A stretch of DNA of 38,988 bases from Ginglymostoma cirratum (lineage: Eukaryota): positions 441,433-480,420 of the forward strand of contig JAHRHZ010000116.1 in the NCBI GenBank assembly GCA_024137785.1. Reading direction: 5' to 3'. The notes below the pieces were generated by a model. The model was not told where the DNA came from. It made no database searches and saw nothing but the letters and a program-made list of their open reading frames with translations. Of this stretch, positions 1 through 12,289 are shown piece by piece (the first letter of the stretch is position 1; each line of letters begins with the position of its first letter). The position numbers were made by a program, and so were the translations under genes.

Positions 1-328
1 AGAGGTTACACTTCAAGTTCCAGCTGCCAGAATTCGACTAAATTGGCGTTTGGGACTCCTAACTGGAATCATCATTCCCAACATTTACGTTCAGACTCTA
101 AATAGAAAAAACAAAAACGCGTGTGTGGGGGTTTAACATTTTAAAAATTCTATACATTCACGCCAATGTCACAATTACTTTAGAAACAAAATTGTGGAGC
201 ATAACGTGGTAGGAATCAATACACGTTTGCTTCTTTTGACCCCAAGAATAACTGTTCTTTTTCGTTTACTGCTGTGAAAATCTGAAGAGAAACTTGTTGT
301 AACATGTAATTCATGGGCAATAACCGTG

Positions 329-605
329 TTGTAACACCATGAGCTACAGGCATAAGCAGCTTCAATTCTTATGTCTTGAATTCCAAGCGAAAGGGCGTTT
401 ACTGCTTTCTTCACATGTACAACAAATCACTATGTGATGGAGATTTGCTCCCACTCTGTACAAGCCTGCATCTTCTGAGGGGAAATGTCGGTCTTAGAAA
501 GGATAACAACAAATGTGACTCTAATAAATTTATGCCATTCGGAGAGACTAAGATGGCTTCCAGTTCTCAGTTTAGGGAATCTATGTCACTTACCGACAGA
601 AAGAG
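329..605 (-). pseudogene. Possible highly decayed antigen-receptor V exon
   Basis: Minus strand has a pyrimidine tract/AG acceptor before 605 and reads (stop)FVVHVKKAVNALSLGIQDIRIEAAYACSSW, resembling V FR3 (RF...SLxIxxxxxED.A.YYCxxW) with a small deletion. It is followed by CACGGTT (328-322) and ACAACAAGT (300-292, 21-bp spacer). No recognisable WYRQ or first Cys. Confidence 0.33.
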
Positions 606-675
606 CTTGAAAAATAAATAGAGAGGTTATTCGGTGGAGCCTGTGATAAAACCCATTCAGGATAAAATTTGTATC

Positions 676-1460
676 AGAGATAAAAGGTACTGCAGATGCT
701 GGAGAATCCGAGATAACAAGGCGTGGGGCTGGATGAACACAGCAGGCCAAGCAGCATCATCGGAGCAGGAAAACTTGACGTTTCGGGCCGAGACCCTTCA
801 TCAGAAATGGAGGAGGGGAAGAGGGTTCTGAAATAAATAGGGAGAGAGGGGGAGGCGAATAGAGGATGGATAGAGGAGGGGATAGGTGGAGAGGAGGCAG
901 ACAGGTCGAAGAGGCGGGGATGGAGCCAGTAAAGGTGAGTGTCGGTGGGGGGGGGGGGGAATAGGGAGGAGATAGGTAAGTCCAGGGAGGACGGACAGGT
1001 CAAGGGGGCGGGATGATGTTAGTAGATAGGAGATGGGGTGGGGCTTGAGGTGGGAGGAGGGGATAGGTGAGAGGAATAACAGGTTAGGGAGGTGGAGATG
1101 AGCTGGGCTGGTTTTGGGATGCAGTTGGATGAGGGGAGATTTTGAAGCTTGTGAAATCCACATTGATACCTTTGGGCTGCAGGGTTCCCAGGATGAATAT
1201 GATTTGTTGTTCCTGTAGCCTTCGGGTGGCATCACTGTGGCATTGCAGGAGGCCCAGGGTGGACATGTCGTCTGAGGAATGGGAGGGGAAGTTGAAATGG
1301 TTCACGACTGGGAGGTGCAGTTGTTTGTTGCGAACTGAGCGCAGGTGTTCTGCAAAGCGGTCCCCAAGCCTCCGCTTGGTTTCCGCGATGTAGAGGAAGC
1401 CACAACGGGTACAGCGGATGCAGTATACCACATTGGCAGATGTTCAGGTGAACATCTGCG
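676..1460 (-). mobile_element. Penelope-like retroelement 3' fragment (GIY-YIG endonuclease plus pseudo-LTR)
   Basis: ORF 1084-1431 VYCIRCTRCGFLYIAETKRRLGDRFAEH...EQQIIFILGTLQPKGIN is a GIY-YIG domain, followed by a CT-rich terminal repeat also present at 24849-25397 and 19852-20016. Confidence 0.9.
777..804 (-). ncRNA. Minimal hammerhead ribozyme core in Penelope pseudo-LTR
   Basis: CTGATGA-AGGGTCTCGGCCC-GAAAC-GTC: CUGANGA box, stem II, GAAA box and GUC cleavage triplet. Confidence 0.8.
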
Positions 1461-2189
1461 CCCAACAAATGACAGAGTACCAGGTTATGTACGATCTGTA
1501 ATTTACGTTATAATACTAATTATATTTGTTTATGTTGCAATTGACAATGCTTTTTATCATTAACAGTACGCTACTTCATTTCTCTTCAAACTTTGACCTT
1601 TAATTTGTTTCTGTTTCTATTGTAACATAACCATTTCTCCTAGCCTGTGCTTGGTCTCAGTAGTTCATAACACCAGAGCATGTGTTCTATTACATTGACC
1701 TCACTCTATTAGAGTTGAAATTGGCGCCGTGCTTCACATGGTTACGTGACAAGTCCACATTTCAATTCACATGACAACATAAGCTTTGCCTTTGTGACGT
1801 TTCGTTGAGCCAGTTTTTGTTCCTATTAATTAAGATACAACTCGAATGTATATGAATTAATATTACATGAGGCCCAGAAATAATTGTTACTATGGTACAA
1901 GGCCATTTCAATTTTACATTAGACTGTTCACTGTTGCTGTTTTGATTACGATCAATTCTTTTTTGTCCTATGGCCTGTCTTGTGGTGACTCTCCATGTCT
2001 TCATCTCTTTTGTCTTTCCACAGTGTTGGTGCAAAATGTTCAATCACTTGGTATATATGAAGAATAATGTGGAAAAATGTGAGTTTATTCAGTGTGGCAG
2101 GAGAAACATATACATATGGCACGTCTGAAATGATAAGAAGTTGAATGGTTACAATGTCCATAAGGATCTCTGTGTCATTACCCAGAAGT

Positions 2190-2880
2190 AATTGGAAGTG
2201 ATCATGCAGCTACAAGAGGATATTAAGAAAGATGATTGAATGTTAGCCTTTATTGCGATAGAGTATGTGTGCAAGGGAGTGATGTCTTGGTTCAGATGTA
2301 TTTGGACATGGACAGGAAAAGTTTTGAACAATCTAGATCAAATGTATGCAATTATATCGAGTTTAGTTTGAGAAGGTTGGTCAGCACACAGGAGTTAGAT
2401 GAAGGGATCTGTTTCCGTGCTGTACAGCATTATGACTGCATGACTCTGACATTGTACAGAAAACACCTGGAGGACAGTGTACATTTTATCGCAGCCTAAT
2501 CACGTGAAAAAAACTATTGACATCGAGGAGTGCCACGAAGGCACTCCAGACTGGTTCCAAAACGATGAGACAGTGTTATGCACAGAGGCAAACTTAGCGT
2601 GTGTTCTGGAGAGTTTAAGGTGATAACATTGAAATTTGCACTACAATGAACGGACGAGATTGATTTAATGCAGATAAGAGGTTTCCTTTCTATGTGAGTA
2701 GAGAATCATGTCATAATGCAATACTGATGTGTATGCATCTGAGGTCTGAGATGCGAGAATTTACTTTTTCTTTTGAAATTGTGAAACTTTAGAACACTCT
2801 ACTCCAGAGGACTGTGCGCAAGTTAGAACGTGGTAGATTTCTGATCGCTAATGTTGTACGAGATTATTGGATTGAGGTGA
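2190..2880 (+). mobile_element. Degraded CR1-type LINE 3' fragments
   Basis: Similarity to the CR1 copies at 37400-38110, including a (TATGACT)-like tail near 2430-2450. Confidence 0.55.
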
Positions 2881-3813
2881 TAAAATACATTACTGTAACA
2901 TTCCACATGGTGGATGCTATGTCAAATCCATACCTTACATTCGCCTTGATGGAGAAGGGAAAACGAAATCAGAAATTAACGAATATGCAAATGAGTTACC
3001 ATTGTAACGTCCCATACAGAGAAAATGTAAATCAATTGTAAACGTTGTTAACAAAATGACTATCAGTGAATCGAGGAAAGGACAACAAAACGTCAGAGAG
3101 GCAATGTCTTTATTACGAAATTATGGTTAGGATGCAGAAAATGCAGAATAAGCTTCTGAAGTTTGAAATAAAAACCAGGTGCATACCAACGAGAATGAGA
3201 AGACACGACAATAAAACTCTGCACAGTATTGTTGAAAACAGTGAAGCTTCAAATATGTTTCTTATCATTACGGATGAAAGGGAAAAAGTAGCCTAAGATG
3301 TGATCTAGTTAATTGTAGTTTTACCAGACAGGAGCGACACAGCAGATCCAGTGATAATGCTAAATCATGGCACTTTGGTCAGCCACTTCCATCATGCATA
3401 TGATATTTTCATTGAAGTAAACAACATCGTGGAAAGGAGATTGAAACAGATAGCAGGAGAAGAGAAGCAGCAGGAGGAAAGGAAAGTGAAAAAAAATACC
3501 AGAAGGCTGGAGGCGGCGGTAAATAAATGCAGAAATGATCGAATATTAGTCTAAAACAATAGGATGTTGAAATAGCGATTGAAGACAGAGAGCATGGCTT
3601 AGGATCACACTCAAAAACACAGCAGTGTTGACTGCTCCACACTGCTTCAGTGTTGGCAACAGAGAATTGTCGAAGCTTAAGAATGTTTCTTTCAGAACTG
3701 TCGTGAAACAACTTGAATGAAAAATCTTCTAATGCAAGTTTGCCAAAGAGTAATTCACAACTGAGATTCCGTGTTTGAAAGAAAAGGAAATCAGGAATCT
3801 TTATTTTTTCTTT

Positions 3814-4715
3814 TCACCTTTTTATGCAACTGCTGAAAGTAGTGAAGGGAGACATCAGCACATTCTTTAGCTCTTCACGGAATTTACTCTGGGCTATTGT
3901 GTAGATGAAAACATTGTTACAGGAATTTAGCATTTGGAGCATGATAGTCGTCTCCTGTAGGATATACTGTGGGTCATTGAAATCCAGGCCACCGAAGTAG
4001 CCTTTACCTGCCATCTGCACGTACAAGAAACGCCCAACATAGGTGGCCCACAGAAATAAGAAGCTGAGAGAGATCGCAAAAAGGAGGACAATGGACTTCT
4101 TGCGATTGAATGTCTCCTGGTCTCCTCGATTCCCAGCGCCCCTGATCCTTTTGCGGGCTCTGCTGGCTGCTAATATGTTACTTACAGTAAGGATATTAAG
4201 TAGCAGAATAAGGAGAAATGGGATAAAGGGAACTAACATATGGTCCAGCCAATCGTAGGCCTGCCAAATGGGTGAAATATAATAGATTGACTTGATAATG
4301 CAGAACCAGGATACACCATTCAGTATGTACAATGGGCTAAAGATGAAGTAAAAAGGGGTGTTCTTGATACAACTCAGGGTACACACGATTCCGATGACTA
4401 CTGATGCAGTCCTATGAGTGCAATACCTGATCTTCAGGCTCTGCTGACAGATGGCCACAAAACGGTCGAAAGTGAAGGCCACTGTCAACCAGACTGAGCT
4501 ATCCCGTATTGTAAAAATCAGCATGGCGCTGAGCCTACATGCAAGGGTTGTGGAAAGTACACTGTCTCGAAAATAAATCCGGCCAATCCGGTTGAGGATG
4601 CACCCATTGATGATGACACTGAAATCAGCCACCGCTATGGCCACCAGGTAATAGGTGATGCAACAGGAGAGACCACACTGACCTCGTGATAAGATTATAA
4701 TCGCCACCAAATTTG
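3814..4715 (-). CDS. GPR139-like orphan class A GPCR paralog 1, exon 2 (TM1 end to C-terminus)
   Basis: Open frame after TTGCAG acceptor; ANLVAIIILSRGQCGLS, YLVAIAVAD, TVAFTFDRFVAIC, LLLN, NNVFIY...KFREEL. Phase-1 join to exon 1 gives 972 nt = 323 aa. The ORF-track start at 4761 is intronic. Confidence 0.92.
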
Positions 4716-5890
4716 CTGCAATAAATGGAAAGAACTGTGACAAAATAATATAACTTTTCATGCAGCTTTAGCAGTAGTCCTCAAATAATCCTTAGCTGTA
4801 ACCTCCCTCTTCCATACTTTTACCTCCTCGAGACGCTGACGATGCCACGGTTAATTATCTAGAAACTCACATTGAGTTGATCACTTACCAGTACAAGACA
4901 CAATCCAATCAATCATCAGCAAACATCCAGTTCTCTGTTCAGAATGGTAATTAATGTGGCTAGTTATCAAACTTAAAATAATGGAAGCCATGGCTGCCCA
5001 TACCCCGATTCATAAAACACCCCATTTATACTTCAAATATACGCCCACTGAAGTACATTGTCTTCCCAGGGGCTCATCGATAAATACTTTTTCTTTTAAC
5101 AATCTCATGCTCAATTATGGGCTCGGGAATGCTCAATTAAACTTTCGCTGTAAGACTGAAGGAAAGTATAGTTGTCCATACATGAGCACTTTTTTTAGCT
5201 CCTGACGGATTTTTTTCTGCGATATATTGGTGAGAAAAGTTGTAAAGATTTTTAAAATCAATATCGACTAGTTACTGAAGCACGCTGCGTATAAGAATAT
5301 TTATCACAATTAAGATACGCTCATAACAACTAAAACACCAACCGATCCGATGCTTCACACGTCAGCTCACAATTTTTAGCTGAGAGACCGAATATGTCAT
5401 TTTCTGTTCTTTTTAATGCAGTTCTTCCGTCTGCTCTTCTTATTGTGTGCCTGATTTTTTGCATCATTGTTTAGTTATTGTTCTGCTTGTGTAGCTATTG
5501 GTTGCATTATAATCATTCTTATCTTCGACGTTCAATTGTTTTGCCAACACATGAAAATGCATGATCACTCTCAGATCGTCGAGATAGCGTGAATGTTCAA
5601 CTTTCTTTAACATGATCATTTCACTCTTATTACTTCTTGTTATCTTCTGACTGGTCTCCAAAGATTTCAGTCATTTGTCGGAACATCCTTCTCATACCAT
5701 ATTATTCATTTTCCTTTACGCTTTATAGTAGGGCAGACTTGCAACAGCATTTCTGAAATGTTTAATTAAACATATCTAGAATTTTCCACGAATGGGCTTT
5801 TGTGGCAGAGTGTCAATTTGCCCCCTTCTTTTGTAAGAAATGCATACATTCAGTTAAGACTAATTTAAGATAACAATTTTCCAAAATCAC

Positions 5891-5977
5891 AAGTCACACG
5901 ACTCCAGGTCATTGTCCAACAGTTTTACATGACATCATAAGCTTTCGTATCACTGCCACTTCATCAGGTGAAGTGAC
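5891..5977 (-). mobile_element. Penelope pseudo-LTR fragment (second family) with degenerate hammerhead core, in intron of GPCR paralog 1
   Basis: Minus strand CTGATGA-AGTGGCAGTGATAC-GAAA-GCTTA (5967-5938) followed by a ...GTTGGACAATGACCTGGAGTCGTGTGAC tail like 18062-18140. Confidence 0.6.
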
Positions 5978-7812
5978 TTTGTCCATTCTGAGAACAAAAG
6001 CCTCTACTTACAGTATAAGGGTACTACCGATGCTCCTGCAAATCGAAATTCTGTATTTTCATTTGTGCCTCATTCACAGTCACATGCTTCTCTATCTAAG
6101 GGCGATTCACTGTTGACATAATGTTTGAAGTATACGCATCCCTGCTGTGTTGCAGTGCCTGCAGCTCAACCTCTAACTCATCAACGCTGATTCAAAAGCT
6201 AACGCTTGCTGCACTGGTTTCCAACATCCTTCAAATGGTGTAACGACAGGATATCTCCGGCTGAGGCATCTCTGTGCATTTTATTGACGTGGATTTTAAA
6301 CAATTAAAGAGTGAATGTCATAACTATATTCTCCAGTTATATTAAGATGTCCCTATTTAAACCAGTTAGCTAATCGAAACATTACGAAGAAAAATACAAC
6401 AATCACCATCAATTTTCCAGTGATGTTATATTTTGGCTCTTTCATGAAGTAACAAGTTGGAATTGATTTCTGATGCTGATTTTTCCTTTATCTCACGTTA
6501 TCACTAACGTTTCCACGCAAGTCATGTATTCTCTTTATAAAGTTGCTCATCTGCTATCCGTTTGATTGTGAAGCTGTTGACTGCGCTCTCTCTCCTGATC
6601 GTTATGAAGCTGCTTCTCCAATACCATTGTGTCATTTAGGCTTGATCTAAAAAAGAATGTTTTGCGAATCATCTCCAGTAAACTACTTGCAGTGGCTGAG
6701 GAAAGAGAGAAATTTCAACTTCTCAAGTAGAAGCTGGGTACAATCAACAAATATTGACAGTGTCAGAAGCACACGACAATCTGCTGACGATTCCAAACAT
6801 TAATTTCCAAAAGAACAACTCAAAGTGCAAATCATAACATCACAGGATAAAAGACACAATAATTTAAGAAAAAAATCTTACATCTGAACGTACCTCTTTC
6901 AAGCATTTACATACTTAATGTTCAATATTATATTAGCAAAGAAGACTACCTAGTGAGAGTCCACGAGACTTAAACGGATACATCTTACCAGAAATCGCAT
7001 TGTGATTTAGTGAAAAAAAAACAAATATCAGGATTGCGTTTTGTATTATTTTTATCTTGCACTGACATTACGGCATGAAAATGTCTTTTATACGGCAAAA
7101 ATACACCATTATGCTAAATGCACTGGAGTACAGTTTGGTGTGTTTTAAGAAATCTGAGTGGTGAACTGTATAATAAATTAATTTTCCACACTGACAAGCA
7201 TTATATTGCATAACTGCTGCAGCAGTTAAGGAGGACATTCGGACAATTACCTCAAGACTGAATCTTCAAATAATCATCTCACTAAATGCAATTATCTACC
7301 ATCACCGCATCATGCTTCACATTGTTAATTTTGAAGTGAACATTCAGTCCCCTTTTGAACCGTTGACTGAACCTGCCTTTATCATGTAGTCAAGTATTAT
7401 AATCCGATCTCACCCACTCGCTGAATGAACAATATTTTTGCCATACCAATTTTACTGCTTTAGCGAAGTTTTTTTTTTCTTTGTTTATATTCTGTTGCCT
7501 TGGCATCAATCATTATACGAATAAGAATATATTTCAACTATCCAATAAACGATAAACCCATAACTTTGTGACATGATAAAAGAAATAATTCATTGTAGTC
7601 CCTAATAAATTCATTCCAAGCAACAGGCCATAATTGATCATAGCATGGTATTGTATTGTCTAACACGCTCATTTACACTGCTATTCTGATTGAATTTCCT
7701 TACGCCCAGACAGTGCTGAACATGAGGGAAAAAAATCCTGATCAAGAAAGAGAAAATACAAAGTATTAGAAATTTGCCAAACACAAACACTTCAGGGAAT
7801 TTTTTTTTTTAC

Positions 7813-7882
7813 CAGGTGCACCAATAGCAGCGAGAATGGGGTAGCAAATGGCAAAGACAGGTCCGTTTGCCGGTGCATGCAT
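7813..7882 (-). CDS. GPR139-like GPCR paralog 1, exon 1 (not in the ORF track)
   Basis: 70-nt exon ATG...CCT G|GTAAAA encoding MHAPANGPVFAICYPILAAIGAP; same length, phase and sequence pattern as 25911-25980 and 15005-15074. Confidence 0.9.
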
Positions 7883-7953
7883 CGTTCTTCAGAAAATATA
7901 GATGTTTCGGAGGCTGTAGACAGTTGTTTTGTGACACGTTGAAATCATCCTAT

Positions 7954-7960
7954 ATTTATT
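7954..7960 (-). promoter_or_regulatory. TATA-like AATAAAT element upstream of paralog 1
   Basis: GAATAAAT lies 72 nt upstream of the ATG; the same element is 71 nt upstream in paralog 3. Confidence 0.45.
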
Positions 7961-9149
7961 CCAAGCGAGAGTCTCCAGAGAAGACATTAATTTTACAACA
8001 CATACCTGACAACTCAGTGAATAAAAAGACCAATTTATTTTCTCTTAAAACATTTTCAGCGCGATTGTATTCATGGGACAACAGATGAGTGCAAATTCTG
8101 CGTTGTTGCACACCTTCCCCACACAACCTCATGGCAGAAAACACAATTTTACGGTTGCATTACTGGAACTGTGTATGGGAAATTCTGAGTTGATGTCTAG
8201 TCCCAACCTTCAATCTATCTCTCTCACCTTTATCATCTTCAAAAATATTTCTTGCTTTAAGGTGTCAGATCAGTCCGTGCTTTGGAATCATGTCTCAGTG
8301 ATTTCGTGTTCAAAGATTTAATGTTAAGTAAATCTCTAAATTTCAATCTGAAATATTTGAAAACATGTCTTCGTAGATGGGAAGGAAAATGATGTGGAGA
8401 ACATCCAGCACGTGGAAATAGTGAACCACGTGGACAGCGGCTAATTTGTTCTGCTGCTGCAAAGGGAGTCAAAACCCCAAATTCTCATGTCCACCTTCCT
8501 AGTTCTTGTTACAATAGCTGTCGACAAATTAACAAAAAAAAAACAGAGCGATCAACTTGCGTACTGTCAGCTGAAACCTGGCTTGGAAAATTAGCATCTA
8601 GGCTCCTGGCTAATGTGAAACTGAAATTGCATCGTGGAAAGGTAAATGCTCTACTGCAATAACCGATTAGACAAAGACGTGCAGAATGTCATTTATAACA
8701 TAACTGGTTCTCCATCCTCAACTATTAAGACAAGGTTTAGCACAGCATAAGGACAATCATATCGACCTCTTTAATGAACGCGGAATTTAATGTGATCAGC
8801 CTGTAAAATCGTGATCTGACATAGTGATAATTGGGACGGTGCCTACCGTAGAATAGAACAATGACACGGACACTTAAAGTAATTCATGATCCCCATTCAG
8901 AACAGTGTAGAGGCAGGCTCATCCTAAAGCGATACAGCTTTGCCATAACCAAGCATGTCCCAAAATCAATATAAATATCAATGCTGGAGGATAAAATGAA
9001 CTGAACCAGAATGTAGCTATGCTACTGGCAAGTACATGATCTAATGTTATATGCACAGTATAAAAGGTATAAGCAGCATACCCAATAGCCCGGTGTCCTT
9101 TCATACAAACTGACACAGCTCGCAGTGAAGTGTAAAAATGCCTCATTGA

Positions 9150-10390
9150 GTGACTTATTGCTATCTAGCATCGTACAAACAAAGCCAGGATTTAGTGTTG
9201 TCAGAGTTGCAGAGTGCAGAGTCTCCTAAGCCATTCTCCCCGAGCAGTGGACAGTCCCCACATTTTATACCCTATCGAGTGCATAGTACTGAAAGCAATT
9301 TTACATCTCAAAATTCCATGTTACATGAAACAATCACTACATCGGACAATGACATGATAACACAAACAATTACTACATCGAAAACGATCGTTCGCAAAGT
9401 GACTGCTAAAGGCAGGAGGAGATTTCATGTTGCCGAAGTGACAGAATGTAATTTCAAGCTGCCGAATTGTCTGGATTGAACAAAAGTTAGTGTCCTGACC
9501 CCTTTAGCAGAAACAGAAGTTACATTCCTTACAGGGTTTCAGAAGCCTCACACCTTTACAAACGGTGCCACCTAATCTTATTTGAGACAGCTACCACATA
9601 CTCCTGTGCAGGAAAATAAAGATTTACAAAGTTTATACCCAATTCTATTCAGGCAGGAAGCTTAAGGTGATTTCTTTTCTATTTATGTATAGGAAGATAA
9701 GGATTTACAAAGTTTTACACCTAATTCTAGTTGGGCAGGAAGTTTTAAGGCAGTGCCTGCTGTGTCAGCAGATAAAGAGCATTAATTTATAGAGAATATA
9801 GAAATCAATGGGATTTTATCCCAATAACATCTCACCGGAACAAAAATAAGGATGACATGTAGGAGTAACAAACCAGGAAGAACTTGAGGAGATAATCAAG
9901 ATAATGCATGCAAGGTAACAATCTGAACAAAGTAAAGTGTTGACATGAAAAAAAAGCTTCCAAACAAAGGAGACTGGGAGTAGTGCAATTAAAATCAGGG
10001 TCAGTGAAAATCTCAGCAGTGATAAACCTAGTATAATAATAACAGAAAACAACAATTATCCACTCTGGATTGCCACTAACAAAGACCATAGCTTCAATGC
10101 AATTTCTAACAGGCAATTAAATTTCTGTGAAAAGAATTCCAAAAAACCCTTAATGTTTCCAAAGATTCCATGTTGAGTTCTAAAGGAGGCAGTCGGTTAA
10201 AAAAGATAACTGAAATTTTGAGAACGGGATTTATTGTCAGGGATAGATTAAAAACCAAAGAGTTGTGAGTCTTACAAATTTGAAGACTCCATGGAAAACA
10301 AACTAAACAAATAAATGTAAAATTCCAAAATCTCAGGGAATCAATGAATCGGGAAAGTACACAGGAATCTAATGTTTGCAATTTCATCAC
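9150..10390 (-). mobile_element. Possible decayed LTR retroelement end (env-like hydrophobic tail plus LTR)
   Basis: Hydrophobic ORF fragment 9816-10055, an 81-bp imperfect tandem duplication at 9610-9750 and GGGTATAAAA at 9272-9263; no catalytic motifs seen. Confidence 0.3.
9610..9750. repeat. Imperfect direct repeat, period 81 bp
   Basis: AGGAARATAARGATTTACAAAGTTT...AATTCTA...GGCAGGAAG begins at 9610 and 9691. Confidence 0.75.
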
Positions 10391-11134
10391 CTGTAATTAC
10401 ATTGAGTTGCACAGTCAGCATGATGGAACCTGCAGCACATTTCTATTCATCATGTTTGTGTTTTCAACACATTCACAGCCTGAAGTCCTCTCGAGACAGC
10501 ATACTGCAGACAGTTGAAAAATTCCAGACAGAACTGGATTGTTGTTAATGCTGCCTCTAATGGCTGTAAAACAAATCAAAGTCGATAACATTAAAACTAG
10601 CAGAAGGAGTAAACGATTCCAACTTTCGATCTTACTCCATTGTACATGAAGAACACGTTAGGTCCATGTCAACATAAGCTTCGTGCATTGTGTCCACGTG
10701 CGTCATTCCTTTATTATTGAAAATCTGTCCATATTTGCATTAAGTAAATTTAAGCATCGATCACTGACAAATATCTTGCATATACACGTCTTCAAATTCT
10801 CACTGATTTAGAGAAGAAACCTCTGCACCTACTTTCTTAAATGAAAAGCATCTATCTCAGTGTAAGCACAGTGTTATGGATTTAACAGATTGGGAATCAT
10901 CGCCACAATATCAATATCGTGTAGCGCCTGAAGTACTCCATATCTTTTAATGAAACAGACTCAATCATCACAGGAAGAAACTTAATAAATCTCTCTGCGT
11001 TGGACTACGAAGTTCGACTTGGAATCAGTTCAAAATCATGTACTGTTTTCTTTCATAAACTGACAAATATTACTGAAAGTAAGAAGACAAAAATCCTGCA
11101 CAGCCCTTTCGAATTCAGAGTGCATCAAAGTATT

Positions 11135-11495
11135 TTCACTACGAAGTTGGAGACCGAGATTATAGAGGATTATAAGTTTCTGAGGGGATTAGACGAGTTC
11201 TTTTCCCTAGGGTGTTAAAGCCAGAACGGAAAGATTGAAAAGGAACTGAAGGGGCATAATTATTTCAGGCACATAGTGGTGCATGTATGGGATGAGCTAA
11301 CAGAGGAAGTGATGGAGGCTGGCATAATTGCGACATTTAAAAGGCATTCCCATGGGTATATGGACAGGAACGTTTTCGAGGGATATAAGCCAAACGCTAG
11401 CAAATGTGACTAGCTTCGTTTAGAATATTTGGTCAGCATGGACGTGTTGGACCGAATAGTCTGTTTCTATGCTATACAGCTCTATGACTCTACTA
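11135..11495 (+). mobile_element. CR1-type LINE 3' end
   Basis: Matches the 3' end of the CR1 at 37700-38110 and ends in a CTCTATGACTCTA tail. Confidence 0.8.
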
Positions 11496-11870
11496 CTCCT
11501 TGACTCTGAACTCTTCATCCCTCACTGGCAAACCCTGTGTGAGATTAGACTTAGACCACGGAAATCATTACTTCACTTTCTGTGTATGATTTGTTCTCAG
11601 TTCTAAGTGCAGTTCTGTCGATCTTACACAGTTTCCAATGTCTCATTCTCTTACATGAAAAAAAAGTCTGAACATGTAAATAGGAGAAATAGGTGCGACT
11701 GCGCACTTTCAATCATTCTCAGCAATTTGATAAAGCAGTGTTGATGCCGTGGCCTCCCAACTCTTCTTCCTGGCTAGCCTAATGCAATTTGTCTTGCTTG
11801 TTGGCCAGATTCTATCTCACACAACTTAAAAAGTATTCAATGATCTTCTATGCACCACTCTCTGGCGAAG

Positions 11871-12013
11871 NNNNNNNNNNNNNNNNNNNNNNNNNNNNNN
11901 NNNNNNNNNNNNNNNNNNNNNNNNNNNNNNNNNNNNNNNNNNNNNNNNNNNNNNNNNNNNNNNNNNNNNNNNNNNNNNNNNNNNNNNNNNNNNNNNNNNN
12001 NNNNNNNNNNNNN
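11871..12013. other. Assembly gap (143 N)
   Basis: Run of N. Confidence 1.
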
Positions 12014-12262
12014 CCCCATTGCTTTTCTGTGCGTCTGGGTGAGGATCTGATTGTCGAAGGTGAAGTGGATGAGTTGTGGGATGGCCTTTGGAAAATTGGC
12101 TGTTCTTGGCATTGAGCACTGCGGCTGTTGTGCTGATGTCATTGTAGTTTGCGATACTGGTGTAGAGTGCCAAAATGTCCATTGTGATGAGGAGTGTTCT
12201 TGGATCGATTGCCGTGTGAATGCTGATTTTCTGTCTATTCGAAAGGTACATTGACGATGTTT
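12014..12262 (-). mobile_element. Penelope-like reverse transcriptase fragment, inverted relative to the adjacent piece
   Basis: RTLLITMDILALYTSI is the PLE RT motif (LxTxDVxSLYTxI). Confidence 0.75.
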
Positions 12263-12289
12263 TCTTCCTTTGGATTTATGGCAAGGAAT

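Noticed and set aside
1990-2052. Leader-like HLFCLSTVLVQNVQSL followed by G|GT
   Set aside because: No nearby in-frame ATG and no V exon downstream on the plus strand.
4716-4761. ORF-track N-termini of the GPCRs (also 23754-23820 and the 15821 start)
   Set aside because: Intronic read-through or internal codons; true starts are in the separate 70-nt exons.
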